DNA from: a virus
Length of the DNA: 64,000 nucleotides
Virus record (IMG/VR): IMGVR_UViG_3300026519_000008
Location: 28,374 to 92,373 of that record
Reading direction: 5' to 3' (one strand)
Of the stretch, positions 38,649 to 48,768 are shown piece after piece. Below the pieces are notes generated by a model. The model was not told the origin of the DNA. It searched no databases and saw nothing but the letters and a program-made list of their open reading frames with translations. Position 1 is the first letter of the stretch; every line of letters begins with the position of its first letter. The translations under genes and the position numbers were made by a program.

Positions 38649-40373
38649 CTATGAGTAGGATATTTCTCTATCGTAGGCCAGCGTAATAGTCCCAGCTGAT
38701 CCTTCCTCCACAGTGATCTGCCCCCCAATCAATGGAACAATCTCCGTTCTCCAAACCCCCTTTGCAGATATTGCCGGGAGCAGGGTATCCACAACAGCTA
38801 CTCCAACAATCTCCCCACCCAGTCTTCCCACAGCATCAACTGTAGGAAGAAGTGTTGTGACCGCAGCTGTACCTACAAACTCAGGAACTGTAATGGTACC
38901 AACTGCTGTTGCTTTCGGAAGAAGCGTTGCTACCTGGGCTGTCCCTACAAACTCAGGCTTGGTTACAGTTCCAGCAGCAGAAGATGTAGGAAGAAGGGTT
39001 GAAACTTGACCAACACCGGAATACTCAGGTTTCGTTACAGTTCCAGCTGCACTTGTTGCTGGAAGCTGAGTAGCAGCCGACGCTGTACCAGTAACTTCAG
39101 GTTTTACAAAAGCACCGGACGCTACAGCCTTACTTAGCTGTGTATTTACCTGAATCGTACCTGAGTAAGAAGGAACCCCCAACACACCTGTAGCATTGAT
39201 TACTGGTAGCAGCGTGTTTACTACAGCTGCTCCTGTAACCTCGGGCTTTACAAAGGTACCACTCGCCGTTGCGGCCGGAAGTTGGGTTGCTGCTTGCGCT
39301 GTGCCAGAATACTCAGGCTTTGCTATCGTTCCGGTTGCCGCAGCTTGAGGAAGCTGGGTCGCTACAGTACCAACCCCTGAGAACTCAGGTTTGGTAACTG
39401 TACCAGAAGCAGAAGCCGTCGGAAGTAACGACTTAACCGCGGCAACACCGCTGTACTCAGGCTTGGTGACTGTGCCGGTTGCGGAGGCTACCGGAAGTCG
39501 GGTAACCGTCTGTGCAGTACCACTATATTCCGGTTTTGTTGTCGTACCGGCAGCCGTAATTGCCGGAAGTTGAGTTGTCGCCGTAATTGTACCGGTGAAT
39601 GCTGTCCCAGCCCCCAGGTCGAACACCCAGGGGCGGGGATAGCGGCGGATGAGGGCGTATGGGTTACATTGTAGTTGATCAATAGCGTCGTCGTTCGGGA
39701 ACAGCTTACATATGAAACCAACCTTTATGTATGCGTTATAGTTGTCTGTACTATAAGCAGCCGAGCTGCCCCAACGTAAATCTTGTGCGAACCCTGAGAA
39801 CGATGGTGTATCAGCAGCACTAACCTGGTTTCCTTCTACTATCAGTCTTATATTGTTTCCATCGAAACCAGCCGCTATCGACTTGTTGCCGCTGCCTAGT
39901 GTGGCTGTTACCGTCACCGGCGAGCCATCATCTATAGCAAACGATATTGTGTTACTGGCATCTGCAGGTGAGTACAGCCTGAGGTCATCTGAAACAGAAT
40001 AATATATAGAAAACAGCCTTGGGTATAAGGATGAAGTTTCAAGCGGATCAACATAACAGAAGACAAAAAATTCGTTCCATGAAGTTATGTCTACACTAGC
40101 CGAGGCGTAGCTTGGTGTGTCGCTAGTATACAGCCCATCTACGACCCACAGTGGGTTTGTTATTGTGGCGTTGTGACCAAAAACGTCATATGCAACTGAC
40201 CCGCCCCCCTCCCAAAACGGCCACAGCCCCACGATGCTCTGCTGATCAATCCCCAGCACATGCTCGGCCGCCCAGTAGGCGTTCGTTTGCACCTTAGACA
40301 AAGGCCCCCATTGGGGGGGCTTTTGGTGGGCACGCCTGATAGCCGATCGGCTTGTAATCGTGAGAACCGGCAT
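38649..40373 (-). CDS. virion protein: LamG-like domain plus 12 x 24-aa repeats
   Basis: VGLWPFWEGGGSVAYD N-terminal domain; repeats of PEYSGxAxVxTxLPxxxAxGTVTK. Confidence 0.7.
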   Translation of the reverse strand: MPVLTITSRSAIRRAHQKPPQWGPLSKVQTNAYWAAEHVLGIDQQSIVGLWPFWEGGGSVAYDVFGHNATITNPLWVVDGLYTSDTPSYASASVDITSWNEFFVFCYVDPLETSSLYPRLFSIYYSVSDDLRLYSPADASNTISFAIDDGSPVTVTATLGSGNKSIAAGFDGNNIRLIVEGNQVSAADTPSFSGFAQDLRWGSSAAYSTDNYNAYIKVGFICKLFPNDDAIDQLQCNPYALIRRYPRPWVFDLGAGTAFTGTITATTQLPAITAAGTTTKPEYSGTAQTVTRLPVASATGTVTKPEYSGVAAVKSLLPTASASGTVTKPEFSGVGTVATQLPQAAATGTIAKPEYSGTAQAATQLPAATASGTFVKPEVTGAAVVNTLLPVINATGVLGVPSYSGTIQVNTQLSKAVASGAFVKPEVTGTASAATQLPATSAAGTVTKPEYSGVGQVSTLLPTSSAAGTVTKPEFVGTAQVATLLPKATAVGTITVPEFVGTAAVTTLLPTVDAVGRLGGEIVGVAVVDTLLPAISAKGVWRTEIVPLIGGQITVEEGSAGTITLAYDREISYS

Positions 40374-40378
40374 TAGTT

Positions 40379-40771
40379 TTAGCTCCAGTATTCCTCTACA
40401 ATCACAGCCGACACAGTAAAGCTATTCGTCGCAGCATTGTTCACAAACTTGATATACCCATCCCGCTCTACAGTCATCAAACCCCCCGGCTTTGTTCCAG
40501 GGTTACCCGTATCCAAAGTAAGAACCAAAGTGCCCTGATTATCTGTATCGGCTATCGCATCCCCGTCAACATCCCCGGTAGACAGCCAATGCACTTCCAC
40601 GTCCTTATCCGCCTCTGCCGTTCCGCTGATTTTTGCACGGATCTCCCGTGCATAGGCACCCAGCGTGAGTGCCACGGCATCGCTGGTTACCGATGCCCCA
40701 GCCGCCAGGGCTACCGAAGTATCCACCCCACTATTAAATGTGACCTGGATTACGTTCTCTACAGAAGGCAT
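40379..40771 (-). CDS. putative virion protein
   Basis: 130 aa, beta-rich composition. Confidence 0.55.
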   Translation of the reverse strand: MPSVENVIQVTFNSGVDTSVALAAGASVTSDAVALTLGAYAREIRAKISGTAEADKDVEVHWLSTGDVDGDAIADTDNQGTLVLTLDTGNPGTKPGGLMTVERDGYIKFVNNAATNSFTVSAVIVEEYWS

Positions 40772-40774
40772 TGT

Positions 40775-41269
40775 TTATCCTCCAGAGGCGACGGTACGAA
40801 TCAGGTTGATCCAAGCCTCAGAGACGGTTTTGTATCGAAACCCGATTCTGTCCAGGATACTCGTCCACCGCTCGCCCAGTGCCTTCAGCTCGGCCCCTTC
40901 TGCCGCTGTGATCAGCCCGGACGTCACAAAGTTGTCGATCTCAATCCTGGTCTTATCAGACCCCGCTGACACCCCGCCGGCCGCCCCGTCTCGCAGCAGC
41001 TTCAAGAACAGGGCCACTTTTTTGTCCCCAGCTGCCGCCTGCTGGTCCAAAATGTCCAAGAGAGTCGATACTCTGTCCGGCCCCCACATATCCGCCAGGG
41101 TCCGATCCGTGAATCTTGACGCTGCATGTTCCATCAACGTCATGTACCTGGGAGCTTCTAGGTAAGCCTTCAGCTCCGCCGCCGTCATAGCCGCGTAACC
41201 GTGCCCCTCAGGATCATTTACAATCTCGTCGTACAGGGGCTTGAGGAACGGTGCAAGCTCAGTAGCCAT
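40775..41269 (-). CDS. hypothetical protein
   Basis: 164-aa ORF in the structural block. Confidence 0.6.
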   Translation of the reverse strand: MATELAPFLKPLYDEIVNDPEGHGYAAMTAAELKAYLEAPRYMTLMEHAASRFTDRTLADMWGPDRVSTLLDILDQQAAAGDKKVALFLKLLRDGAAGGVSAGSDKTRIEIDNFVTSGLITAAEGAELKALGERWTSILDRIGFRYKTVSEAWINLIRTVASGG

Positions 41270-41281
41270 AGCTAACCCCTA

Positions 41282-41707
41282 TTAATCCCCAGCGAAACGA
41301 GGCTGGTGAAAGGTAAACGACGTAACAGAGATCACACCACCGGCGACGATATTGACGTCATCCAGCTCAAGGTCTCCCCCGCCGCCAGTTACTGTAACGT
41401 CACCATCGAAAATAGTAGCTCCCAATGAATCCAATACACGGAACCACGCTGCCGTCCCGGAGGCGTCCGCACTACTATCACTAGTAATGGCAGCAGCTGT
41501 AGCTGTAGCTGTAGCCGAAGCTCCGAACGCCGGGAGGCTAAACGTAAGCGTACCGAGCAGCGTCCCACCAGGAAGGTCATCAGCAGTGGCAGGCTGAACA
41601 CCATCGTAAATATTGATCGTACCGGCCGCCCCGCCGGCATCAATCAGATCGACAGCAGCGTTCACCATGGCATCGGCGGTGGGAGTAGCAAGCTTAATGT
41701 TACTCAT
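41282..41707 (-). CDS. virion structural protein
   Basis: IYDGVQPATAD...ADASGTAAWFR...DG.V...GGGGDL pattern typical of phage tail-associated proteins. Confidence 0.65.
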   Translation of the reverse strand: MSNIKLATPTADAMVNAAVDLIDAGGAAGTINIYDGVQPATADDLPGGTLLGTLTFSLPAFGASATATATAAAITSDSSADASGTAAWFRVLDSLGATIFDGDVTVTGGGGDLELDDVNIVAGGVISVTSFTFHQPRFAGD

Positions 41708-41732
41708 GACTCATCTCCTAGAAGGTTAGAGG

Positions 41733-41975
41733 TTAAACTACACCCCGACACAGAATCCATCTCTTGGTTCCGGCATTCAAGTCTGGAGCAATGACATCCG
41801 GGGAGGCTTCTAAAGCCCCAGACCCAGAGTCAAGCCTGTAGACATACGACGTATTGGTAGCAGCGACCAGTACGAATGCTACGTCATCATGGGCCAACAG
41901 TGCACCGTCAATACTATCCAGCGCATCTGCCGTCCCGCCGGTTAAAGCAGTTTTATAGTAGATTGTCTTGGCCAT
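41733..41975 (-). CDS. small tail-associated protein
   Basis: LTGGTADALDSIDG...E.SP.VI.PD...RW pattern. Confidence 0.6.
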   Translation of the reverse strand: MAKTIYYKTALTGGTADALDSIDGALLAHDDVAFVLVAATNTSYVYRLDSGSGALEASPDVIAPDLNAGTKRWILCRGVV

Positions 41976-42411
41976 CTAAACCCCTCAGCATCTGAAATTG
42001 ATTTCAATCCAGTTTATCATATCAAACCCTAACCATCTGTATTTACCAGTCACACCTTGCAACATCAACGCCACGTTGTCGTTCAGGTTAAACTCCAAGC
42101 CTTTCCGTTAACTTAAAACTCATACTCAACACCGATCGCCCAATACTGTTCCACTGGACCGTCGGTGTTTACTGCATGCCAACACATCCTTTCCACAGTT
42201 AACGATAATCCGGGTCCTACAACAATACGCCCCCCAACCAAATACATGATACTGGTCGAGGGCACAGTCCACCTTACGCCGCACCGGCTCATCGGGCGGC
42301 ACAAACACACCCAGGCCCACCCGCCACCCGAGTAGTATGCCCAGGACCTGAACGAGGACCTTCAGTGGGAGAAGGGCAAGGTGGGCAACAATGAATCTGG
42401 CCATTGGGTTC

Positions 42412-43803
42412 CTAGTCGGAAAAGCCCTTCGTTACGATACCGTTGATTTGTCCAGACGCGGCCACGCCAACGTTGGACGTATAAACGATAATGCTCCCGG
42501 TTCTGGCAAAATGCCCCGTGTCTACCTGGATGGCGCCGTCGTAGTTGTAGTTTGAGTACACCCACGCGCTTTCAATTGCCAGAATGCCACGCACGTAACC
42601 GGTGTTTCCAGCACCCTTTTGAAACTTGCAGTTCCAAACGATAACTCTTTTCGATCCGTGGGCGGTTATACAGCCAACCTCATACCCGCTTGTTGTCTCA
42701 GCTTCAAAGGTGATGTCTCTAACCTCTATTCTTGGGTAAAACCCACCGATCCATAAAGGTGACTTGGTTGAAGGCGCAGACCATACCAAGTCGTTGGCGT
42801 TGCCAGACGACGTTGTTATTTTGATACTGCCGAATCCACCCTTACGAAGGATTGACACGGCTTCCGACCACACTGAATGTTTCAGTGTATCTATTTGAAT
42901 TGTGATGGTATGATCCACAATTCTAGGTAACGCGTCGATGGCCGCCTGTACTGTGGCAAAATCACCACCTGTGCTCGCGACCGTATACACGGCGTCCTGG
43001 GTTGTCCTCTCCGTGAGGTCTGCCACGGTAGCAACTGGAACCTGCTGCGGACCGACAAACCCCTGCTCCATGTAGATGTCGCCCCCCTGCGTCACACGAA
43101 AGGGCGCGGTACCTCTGTTTGCGTAGTCGGCTCCTGCCCACATGCGAATAGCAGTATCACCAGTATCGCCGCCAGCCATGCCTGCTTTTGTGACACCGTC
43201 GCCTCCTTTTGCCTCAAACCGGCCGCTGTACGCGATGGCTGACGCCAGCTTCGACGCCACCACCGCGCCGTCTTGGATGTGCACGTCGGTTATCTGGTCC
43301 AGGTAGGCCACCGCCCCGGCGTCGGTGCTCGTGAACGTGGCCCCGGCAGCCGCGTTGTCCCGCACCGTTGCGGCCGCCGTGCCCGCCACCGCCGCCGTGT
43401 CGGCCGCCGTGTTGGCCGACGTAACATCCGCGCCGCTCTCCCCAGCCCATTTCCGGGTCGCGCTCTCGTTGATCTCGTCGGCCGTAGCGATGCCATCGTC
43501 TGCCGCCGTGACCCCAGCGCTGGAGAGCCACTCGGAGTCGCCGTCCCGGTAGATCTGCTGCACCCAGGCGTACACGCTGGCCCCGCCGTCTACCAGCACG
43601 TGGGGCAGGTCGAGGCTGAAATTCGGCGATGCCGTGGGCCACGAGTGGGGCGGGGTGGCCGGCCGGGGCCTGAACACCTGGGCGTACACCTGGGAGTACG
43701 GGTCCGTGGCGGAGCCGTTCACGACGACGTTCCAGCCCAGAATGCGGGCCGGGTCGCCGGCGTAGTCCCAGGTTACCGTAATGGTTTTGGTCGTCTTTCC
43801 CAT
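42412..43803 (-). CDS. tail fibre/spike protein with beta-helix-like C-terminus
   Basis: WAG..Y..R..APFRVT..G, GDFATVQAAIDALP; N-terminus paralogous to 44995..48768. Confidence 0.72.
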   Translation of the reverse strand: MGKTTKTITVTWDYAGDPARILGWNVVVNGSATDPYSQVYAQVFRPRPATPPHSWPTASPNFSLDLPHVLVDGGASVYAWVQQIYRDGDSEWLSSAGVTAADDGIATADEINESATRKWAGESGADVTSANTAADTAAVAGTAAATVRDNAAAGATFTSTDAGAVAYLDQITDVHIQDGAVVASKLASAIAYSGRFEAKGGDGVTKAGMAGGDTGDTAIRMWAGADYANRGTAPFRVTQGGDIYMEQGFVGPQQVPVATVADLTERTTQDAVYTVASTGGDFATVQAAIDALPRIVDHTITIQIDTLKHSVWSEAVSILRKGGFGSIKITTSSGNANDLVWSAPSTKSPLWIGGFYPRIEVRDITFEAETTSGYEVGCITAHGSKRVIVWNCKFQKGAGNTGYVRGILAIESAWVYSNYNYDGAIQVDTGHFARTGSIIVYTSNVGVAASGQINGIVTKGFSD

Positions 43804-43812
43804 GGCAGTTTC

Positions 43813-44988
43813 CTACGCCACGCTCAGGCTGACATTGCTCGGGCGCGGCACTACGATCTGGGGGGCCGGGTCGAAGAAGGGCTTTTGGAGCGCATACCAT
43901 TCTGCGACGGTGTCGGCATCGACTGCATACGGCAGCACCAAGAAATTACTGAACAGGGCATTAGGGGGGTAGGCGCTATACGAATAGTGCCCGACCCACA
44001 TTTCCGGCCTGGCGGTGCACAGCACTTCAGCACTGTAGGCGGCTAGAGACGTCGAGGCTTCCAGCGCACCGTTGAGATACAGATACCGCATATCGGTGCC
44101 AGACTTGTCCCAAACCAGCGTCGCAAGATAGTTATTGCCAGGCTGTATAAGTGACGTGCTTTGTATTGCTGCGGCGATACCAAGTCTATCGGCAACGTGC
44201 CAGTACAGAGTAGATGGATACGGAAGCGCTCCCATTCCACAGTATTGGTAATCTTCAGTCGTAGGGTTTGTATATTGCCCAATTGTCCAAAATACAGCCC
44301 TGTTACCGTTTGACGGCTCTCCCAAAGGTCTCACCCAAAAAGCCACGGTCCAGGCACTGCGATTCTTTAGGACCTGCGCCAGCGGGTAGTACAACTGTCC
44401 ATCCCCCCGCGTCCCATCCACGAACGAGGTGGCGAAAGGTTTCTCCTCTAACTGTGGCAAGGCAACTCTCAGCATAGTTCCATCAGGTGGTATAATACTG
44501 GAGGGGTTGCTAGGGTCTATGCGAGCCCTGATGAGGGTGTCAGTCACAGTGGCGGCGAAGGTGACTGTTATATTGTATCGACGCCATTCGCGAGTTACTG
44601 TAAAGGACTGAAAATGGACATCTGTTGCGGCTGTGTCATCATAGAGATAGAGTGCCATCGGATTCACGTCGTTCGGAGTGTCTGAGCGCATGTAAACGGA
44701 GAATGTGAAGGTACGGTCGGCAAGGGAGGCACCTGTGTTGTAGGTTTGGTAGAAATACGGATCTCCAAGAGTGCCGTTGCATATAAGATCAAAAGCGCTC
44801 CCTCCGTGTGGTCCAGCACTAGGGACCTCAGAGACTGGATACAAGCCTGCATTGGGTACCCACACGGTAGTGTCAGTTAGGTCAAGGGGGGACTGTAAAT
44901 GGTTTGTCGTCCCCTCCTCCACTGCCACACAGGGCCCGAAAATCCCATCACAAGCCGGCCGGATCGTTGCGACTACGCTCATGCTCAT
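43813..44988 (-). CDS. tail-associated carbohydrate-binding + LamG domain protein
   Basis: VEEGTTN, TFSVY, W.RY, PQLEEKPFATSF, WTVAFWV, LYLNG. Confidence 0.72.
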   Translation of the reverse strand: MSMSVVATIRPACDGIFGPCVAVEEGTTNHLQSPLDLTDTTVWVPNAGLYPVSEVPSAGPHGGSAFDLICNGTLGDPYFYQTYNTGASLADRTFTFSVYMRSDTPNDVNPMALYLYDDTAATDVHFQSFTVTREWRRYNITVTFAATVTDTLIRARIDPSNPSSIIPPDGTMLRVALPQLEEKPFATSFVDGTRGDGQLYYPLAQVLKNRSAWTVAFWVRPLGEPSNGNRAVFWTIGQYTNPTTEDYQYCGMGALPYPSTLYWHVADRLGIAAAIQSTSLIQPGNNYLATLVWDKSGTDMRYLYLNGALEASTSLAAYSAEVLCTARPEMWVGHYSYSAYPPNALFSNFLVLPYAVDADTVAEWYALQKPFFDPAPQIVVPRPSNVSLSVA

Positions 44989-44994
44989 GTCCTC

Positions 44995-47900
44995 CTACAG
45001 GGGCGAGATGCCCTTGGTGCTCGAAAAGTGATCGAAGAAGCAGAACAGCTCTCCGTCCACAGGGACCCAGAGGCTCTGGGCCAGCGGGGGTTTGTCTTCG
45101 ATGTTGTCGTACCCCGTGGACCCAGGCTGCACGCTAAGTTTGCCCTTGATCACCAACTCCGTGCCGTCCCAGGCCAGTTCATAGGTCGTTCCACCGACGC
45201 GGAGTTTCGGCACCCCATCCGTGTCCCGACCAAGGAACCAGCCCGCCGTGGTGTCACTGTACCCGGTCTTCCCTGCACGGATGCCGCCACCAGCCAAGGT
45301 GATTTCCACCCCGGCGTCCATCTGGTCGGCTGTGACGTCTGCATTGTCAGCTGGTTTGCCGGTGCCAGTAATCTGAGGCCAGTCTGCTGTTTGGCCCAGG
45401 CCTGCATCATCGGTGAGTTGGCTGGTGGCTGTGAAATCGTTGCCGATGTCTTCCCAGGCGGTTCCGTTGTACCGCTTGAGTTTCTTCGTAGAGGTGTCGT
45501 ACCAGAGGTCTCCCTTCTTCTGAGACGTTGGGGCTGTACTCTGGGAGTAAATGTCGTTCGATGTGGATACCTGCTGCCACCCAACTCCGTCGTGGCGATA
45601 CAGCTTGTTGTCGTCGGTGTCGTACCAGAGGTCGCCCTTGGTGCCGGTTGGCGCGGTAGCCTGGGAGTATGTGACGTTTGCCGTGCCGATCTGCTCCCAG
45701 GAGGCCCCGTTGTAGCGGTAGAGGAGTTGATCGTCCGTGTCGAACCAGAGATCACCGTCCACCGCTCCGGTGGGTGCAGTGGTCTGACGATAAATGATGT
45801 TCCGCGTAGCGTCAGGCGGCGGCTTTGTGCCGGTGATCCACGAGTAGTCCTGGGGGTTGTTGGCGGTGACGTCGGCACCGCTCTCGGCCGCCCACTTGCG
45901 GGTCGCGCTCTCGTTGATCTCGTCGGCCTCTGTCGGAGTAGCCTTGACCCATGCTGCACCATCCCACCGCTTCCACACGTGCGGGCTAACGGACAGGTCC
46001 AGCCATAGATCATCCGCGGCAGGAGTGGTCGGAGCTGTGGCGCTCTTTGTGACGCGGGGCTCGCTGGCGGCCTTGGCGTTGGCCTCGGCCGTGGATGCCT
46101 TGTCCGCCGCCCCGGTCACAGTCTCAATGGTGTCGGCCCCGACGTCCGTGTCGATTTTGACCTTGGCCGCAGCACCGTCGGCCGCGTTGGCCTCGACTGT
46201 TGCTGCTGGAGTGCCCGCCACGGTGCCGGTAATATCCCCGGTGAATGCTACCGTGGAAGAAGGTTGATAGGGATTTTCCCCCGCCACTGCATCAGTCTGT
46301 ACCACAGACGACAGCATTATCCCAGCTGCGTTTATGTCAGAGTCAACTACCCTATAAGCACGTACACCAAATGTGTAATAACCATCTGCTGGAAACCCCC
46401 CAAAAATCATGGAACGCTTGTCTGATGGAATGAAAAAAACCTGCTCTTCCGACGGTGTTGTGCCTATTGTATACGCAACATTCGTAGTTCCACGCCTGAC
46501 AAAAACAATAAACCCATCAATTTCAGCCTCCACACCGCTCCAAGCCCATTCAAAACTTATATCCACAGATCCATCAGTATTTACTACGTGATCTACCGCC
46601 GTCCCGTCCACCGCCACAGTCGGTGCCACCACAGCGGTGGATAACCTGTCATTTCGATTGTTGAAATTGATTTCAGGAGTGCCTAACTTACGGAGACTAA
46701 CCGCGTCCACGTAAACTGTATTCGTAGCAACACGGCATGGGAGACACAGAAATCTAATATAAGCCGTGCCACGCCTAAACAGATTAACCGGCGGAGGACT
46801 TGTAGCTGAATTAACAGATCCTCCAATTAACGCACTATAGTATGTCCAATTTGTCGGACTTATATCATTAACGGCTAACGCATAATTATAACTACCCCCT
46901 GCATATGAATTGCCTACAGCAGTTCCAGCCGCATATGATGTCTGAACCGCTGATTTTAATGTCAAAATCCAATACGTACCTGGAGACGTATCTATTGTAT
47001 CAATTTGAACAGTATTGAAGTTTGGTAAATCCGAATAATCAGTAGCTATATCGAACTGAATAAAAGACCAGGGACTCACCGTAGAGTCATACCACGCTTC
47101 GGCTGCTGGGTAGATCTCAACTGTTAAACTACCTGCCGTATACGCTGAGTACAAAGTCGTATCTTTGGCAGCTGAACGCCAACATTGATGATAAGCAATA
47201 TTAACTAAATCTTCTGTATAACAAGCAAAGCCTAGGTAAATCCTATCCTCAACCGCATGGGCCGCAGCACAGGACAGCTCAAACTCATCATGCACACTAA
47301 CTGGAATAAATTCTTCACTGAAGAGAGCAGGGACATATCCTGTGTACGAAAAACACCCTTTCCCTGTATAAGCCTGAACGCTAGTATCATATGCCCACTG
47401 ATCAAAGTTCAAATTGTTCCCAAACTCAGCATTTCCATTCAATACTAAATTCGAGGCACTAGAAGTATTGGCATAATCATCAGGCTTGCCTACTCCACCT
47501 ACTTGACTACCCCAGTCTGCAATATCAATGTAGGCCAAAGCTCCAGCATCGGTGCTTGTGAAGGTAGCACCACTAGCAGCATTATCCCTTACAGTTTGGG
47601 CGGGAGTACCACCGATAGTACCAGTAATATCTCCGGCAAAAGCTACAGTAGTCGATGGTTGGTACGGATTTTCCCCAGCCAGTGTAGGTTGAACTATCGC
47701 AGTTGTAATTACCCCAGAAGCGTCAATATCAGGGTCTACGATCCGATACGCCTGAACACCAAAGGTGTAATACTTATCCGCTGGAACACCATAGATAAGC
47801 ACAGCACGTCTATCAGCAGTGACGTAAAATACTTTCTCTTCCGCCGGGGTAGTCCCAAAAGTATAAGCCAGCGAGCTACTAGACTGCCTCACATAAACAA

Positions 47901-48768
47901 TCCAGCCGTCGATATCAGAATCCACCCCAGCCCATGACCATTCAAAACTAATATCAGCTGTACCATCAGTATTGATAGTATGATCTACAGCCGTCCCATC
48001 CGTAGCCACCACTGGGGCTGTAATCACAGTCCCATCTCTATCATTTCGAGTGTTGAAATTGATTACAGCATTTTCGACCTCAACCGCAGTCTTGGTACCA
48101 ACCGCGTCAGTGTTGAGGGCGTTTCCGCCCTTCGTAGCAGAATCCGCAAAGTTGAATTCGACGTTTCCGGCCGGAAGTGTCGATCCAACTCCTGAGAACT
48201 TGCTCCAGGCATTAGAACCCTCAGCCGCCTGAGCCTCAACTGTCGAAGCTAATGTATTCGAGAAAATAACATTACTACCAATCGTAAATGTTCCAGCACT
48301 TTTATCCCATTTCCAGCCCTTATTTGCCGCCAAATCTCCACAAAATACGTCCCCTATATCAGGCCCAGCCAAAGTAGCATCGAATATGATGTTATCGGTA
48401 TCATCATAGATACGGAAATACTGCCCAGGCTCCAGTACCCATCGTGCCCCTGTAGCAGCACTGTGAGCTGGAGGGATAGTAGCGGTACCATCATCTGCCG
48501 CCGTTAAAGTACCTTGACTAACCCAATCACTATCCTTTCCAATATAAACAGCCTGGACCCAGGCAACATACTCAACCCCAACGTCCAACACTATCTTAGA
48601 AAACTCATAACTGGACGCATCCGGCCCAGCAAAACCAGTAGATACAGCGTGGGTATCTGGATGAACACCCACTCCTGTTGGTGTGATCGCTACATTGAAA
48701 CCACGCAGGGCAAAAGGATCTCCTGCCCAAGTCCACGTAACGATAACAGTTTTAAGAGCACTACTCAT
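44995..48768 (-). CDS. long tail fibre with duplicated FN3-like domain and GDLWYDT repeats
   Basis: Two copies of INFN..RNDR...ENPYQPS; repeated TAPT..GDLWxDT..L.RY.G..W. Confidence 0.75.
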   Translation of the reverse strand: MSSALKTVIVTWTWAGDPFALRGFNVAITPTGVGVHPDTHAVSTGFAGPDASSYEFSKIVLDVGVEYVAWVQAVYIGKDSDWVSQGTLTAADDGTATIPPAHSAATGARWVLEPGQYFRIYDDTDNIIFDATLAGPDIGDVFCGDLAANKGWKWDKSAGTFTIGSNVIFSNTLASTVEAQAAEGSNAWSKFSGVGSTLPAGNVEFNFADSATKGGNALNTDAVGTKTAVEVENAVINFNTRNDRDGTVITAPVVATDGTAVDHTINTDGTADISFEWSWAGVDSDIDGWIVYVRQSSSSLAYTFGTTPAEEKVFYVTADRRAVLIYGVPADKYYTFGVQAYRIVDPDIDASGVITTAIVQPTLAGENPYQPSTTVAFAGDITGTIGGTPAQTVRDNAASGATFTSTDAGALAYIDIADWGSQVGGVGKPDDYANTSSASNLVLNGNAEFGNNLNFDQWAYDTSVQAYTGKGCFSYTGYVPALFSEEFIPVSVHDEFELSCAAAHAVEDRIYLGFACYTEDLVNIAYHQCWRSAAKDTTLYSAYTAGSLTVEIYPAAEAWYDSTVSPWSFIQFDIATDYSDLPNFNTVQIDTIDTSPGTYWILTLKSAVQTSYAAGTAVGNSYAGGSYNYALAVNDISPTNWTYYSALIGGSVNSATSPPPVNLFRRGTAYIRFLCLPCRVATNTVYVDAVSLRKLGTPEINFNNRNDRLSTAVVAPTVAVDGTAVDHVVNTDGSVDISFEWAWSGVEAEIDGFIVFVRRGTTNVAYTIGTTPSEEQVFFIPSDKRSMIFGGFPADGYYTFGVRAYRVVDSDINAAGIMLSSVVQTDAVAGENPYQPSSTVAFTGDITGTVAGTPAATVEANAADGAAAKVKIDTDVGADTIETVTGAADKASTAEANAKAASEPRVTKSATAPTTPAADDLWLDLSVSPHVWKRWDGAAWVKATPTEADEINESATRKWAAESGADVTANNPQDYSWITGTKPPPDATRNIIYRQTTAPTGAVDGDLWFDTDDQLLYRYNGASWEQIGTANVTYSQATAPTGTKGDLWYDTDDNKLYRHDGVGWQQVSTSNDIYSQSTAPTSQKKGDLWYDTSTKKLKRYNGTAWEDIGNDFTATSQLTDDAGLGQTADWPQITGTGKPADNADVTADQMDAGVEITLAGGGIRAGKTGYSDTTAGWFLGRDTDGVPKLRVGGTTYELAWDGTELVIKGKLSVQPGSTGYDNIEDKPPLAQSLWVPVDGELFCFFDHFSSTKGISPL

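Noticed and set aside
42412-48768. Diversity-generating retroelement or invertase shufflon in the fibre genes
   Set aside because: No reverse transcriptase or invertase in the window; the repeats are direct and not adenine-specific variants.
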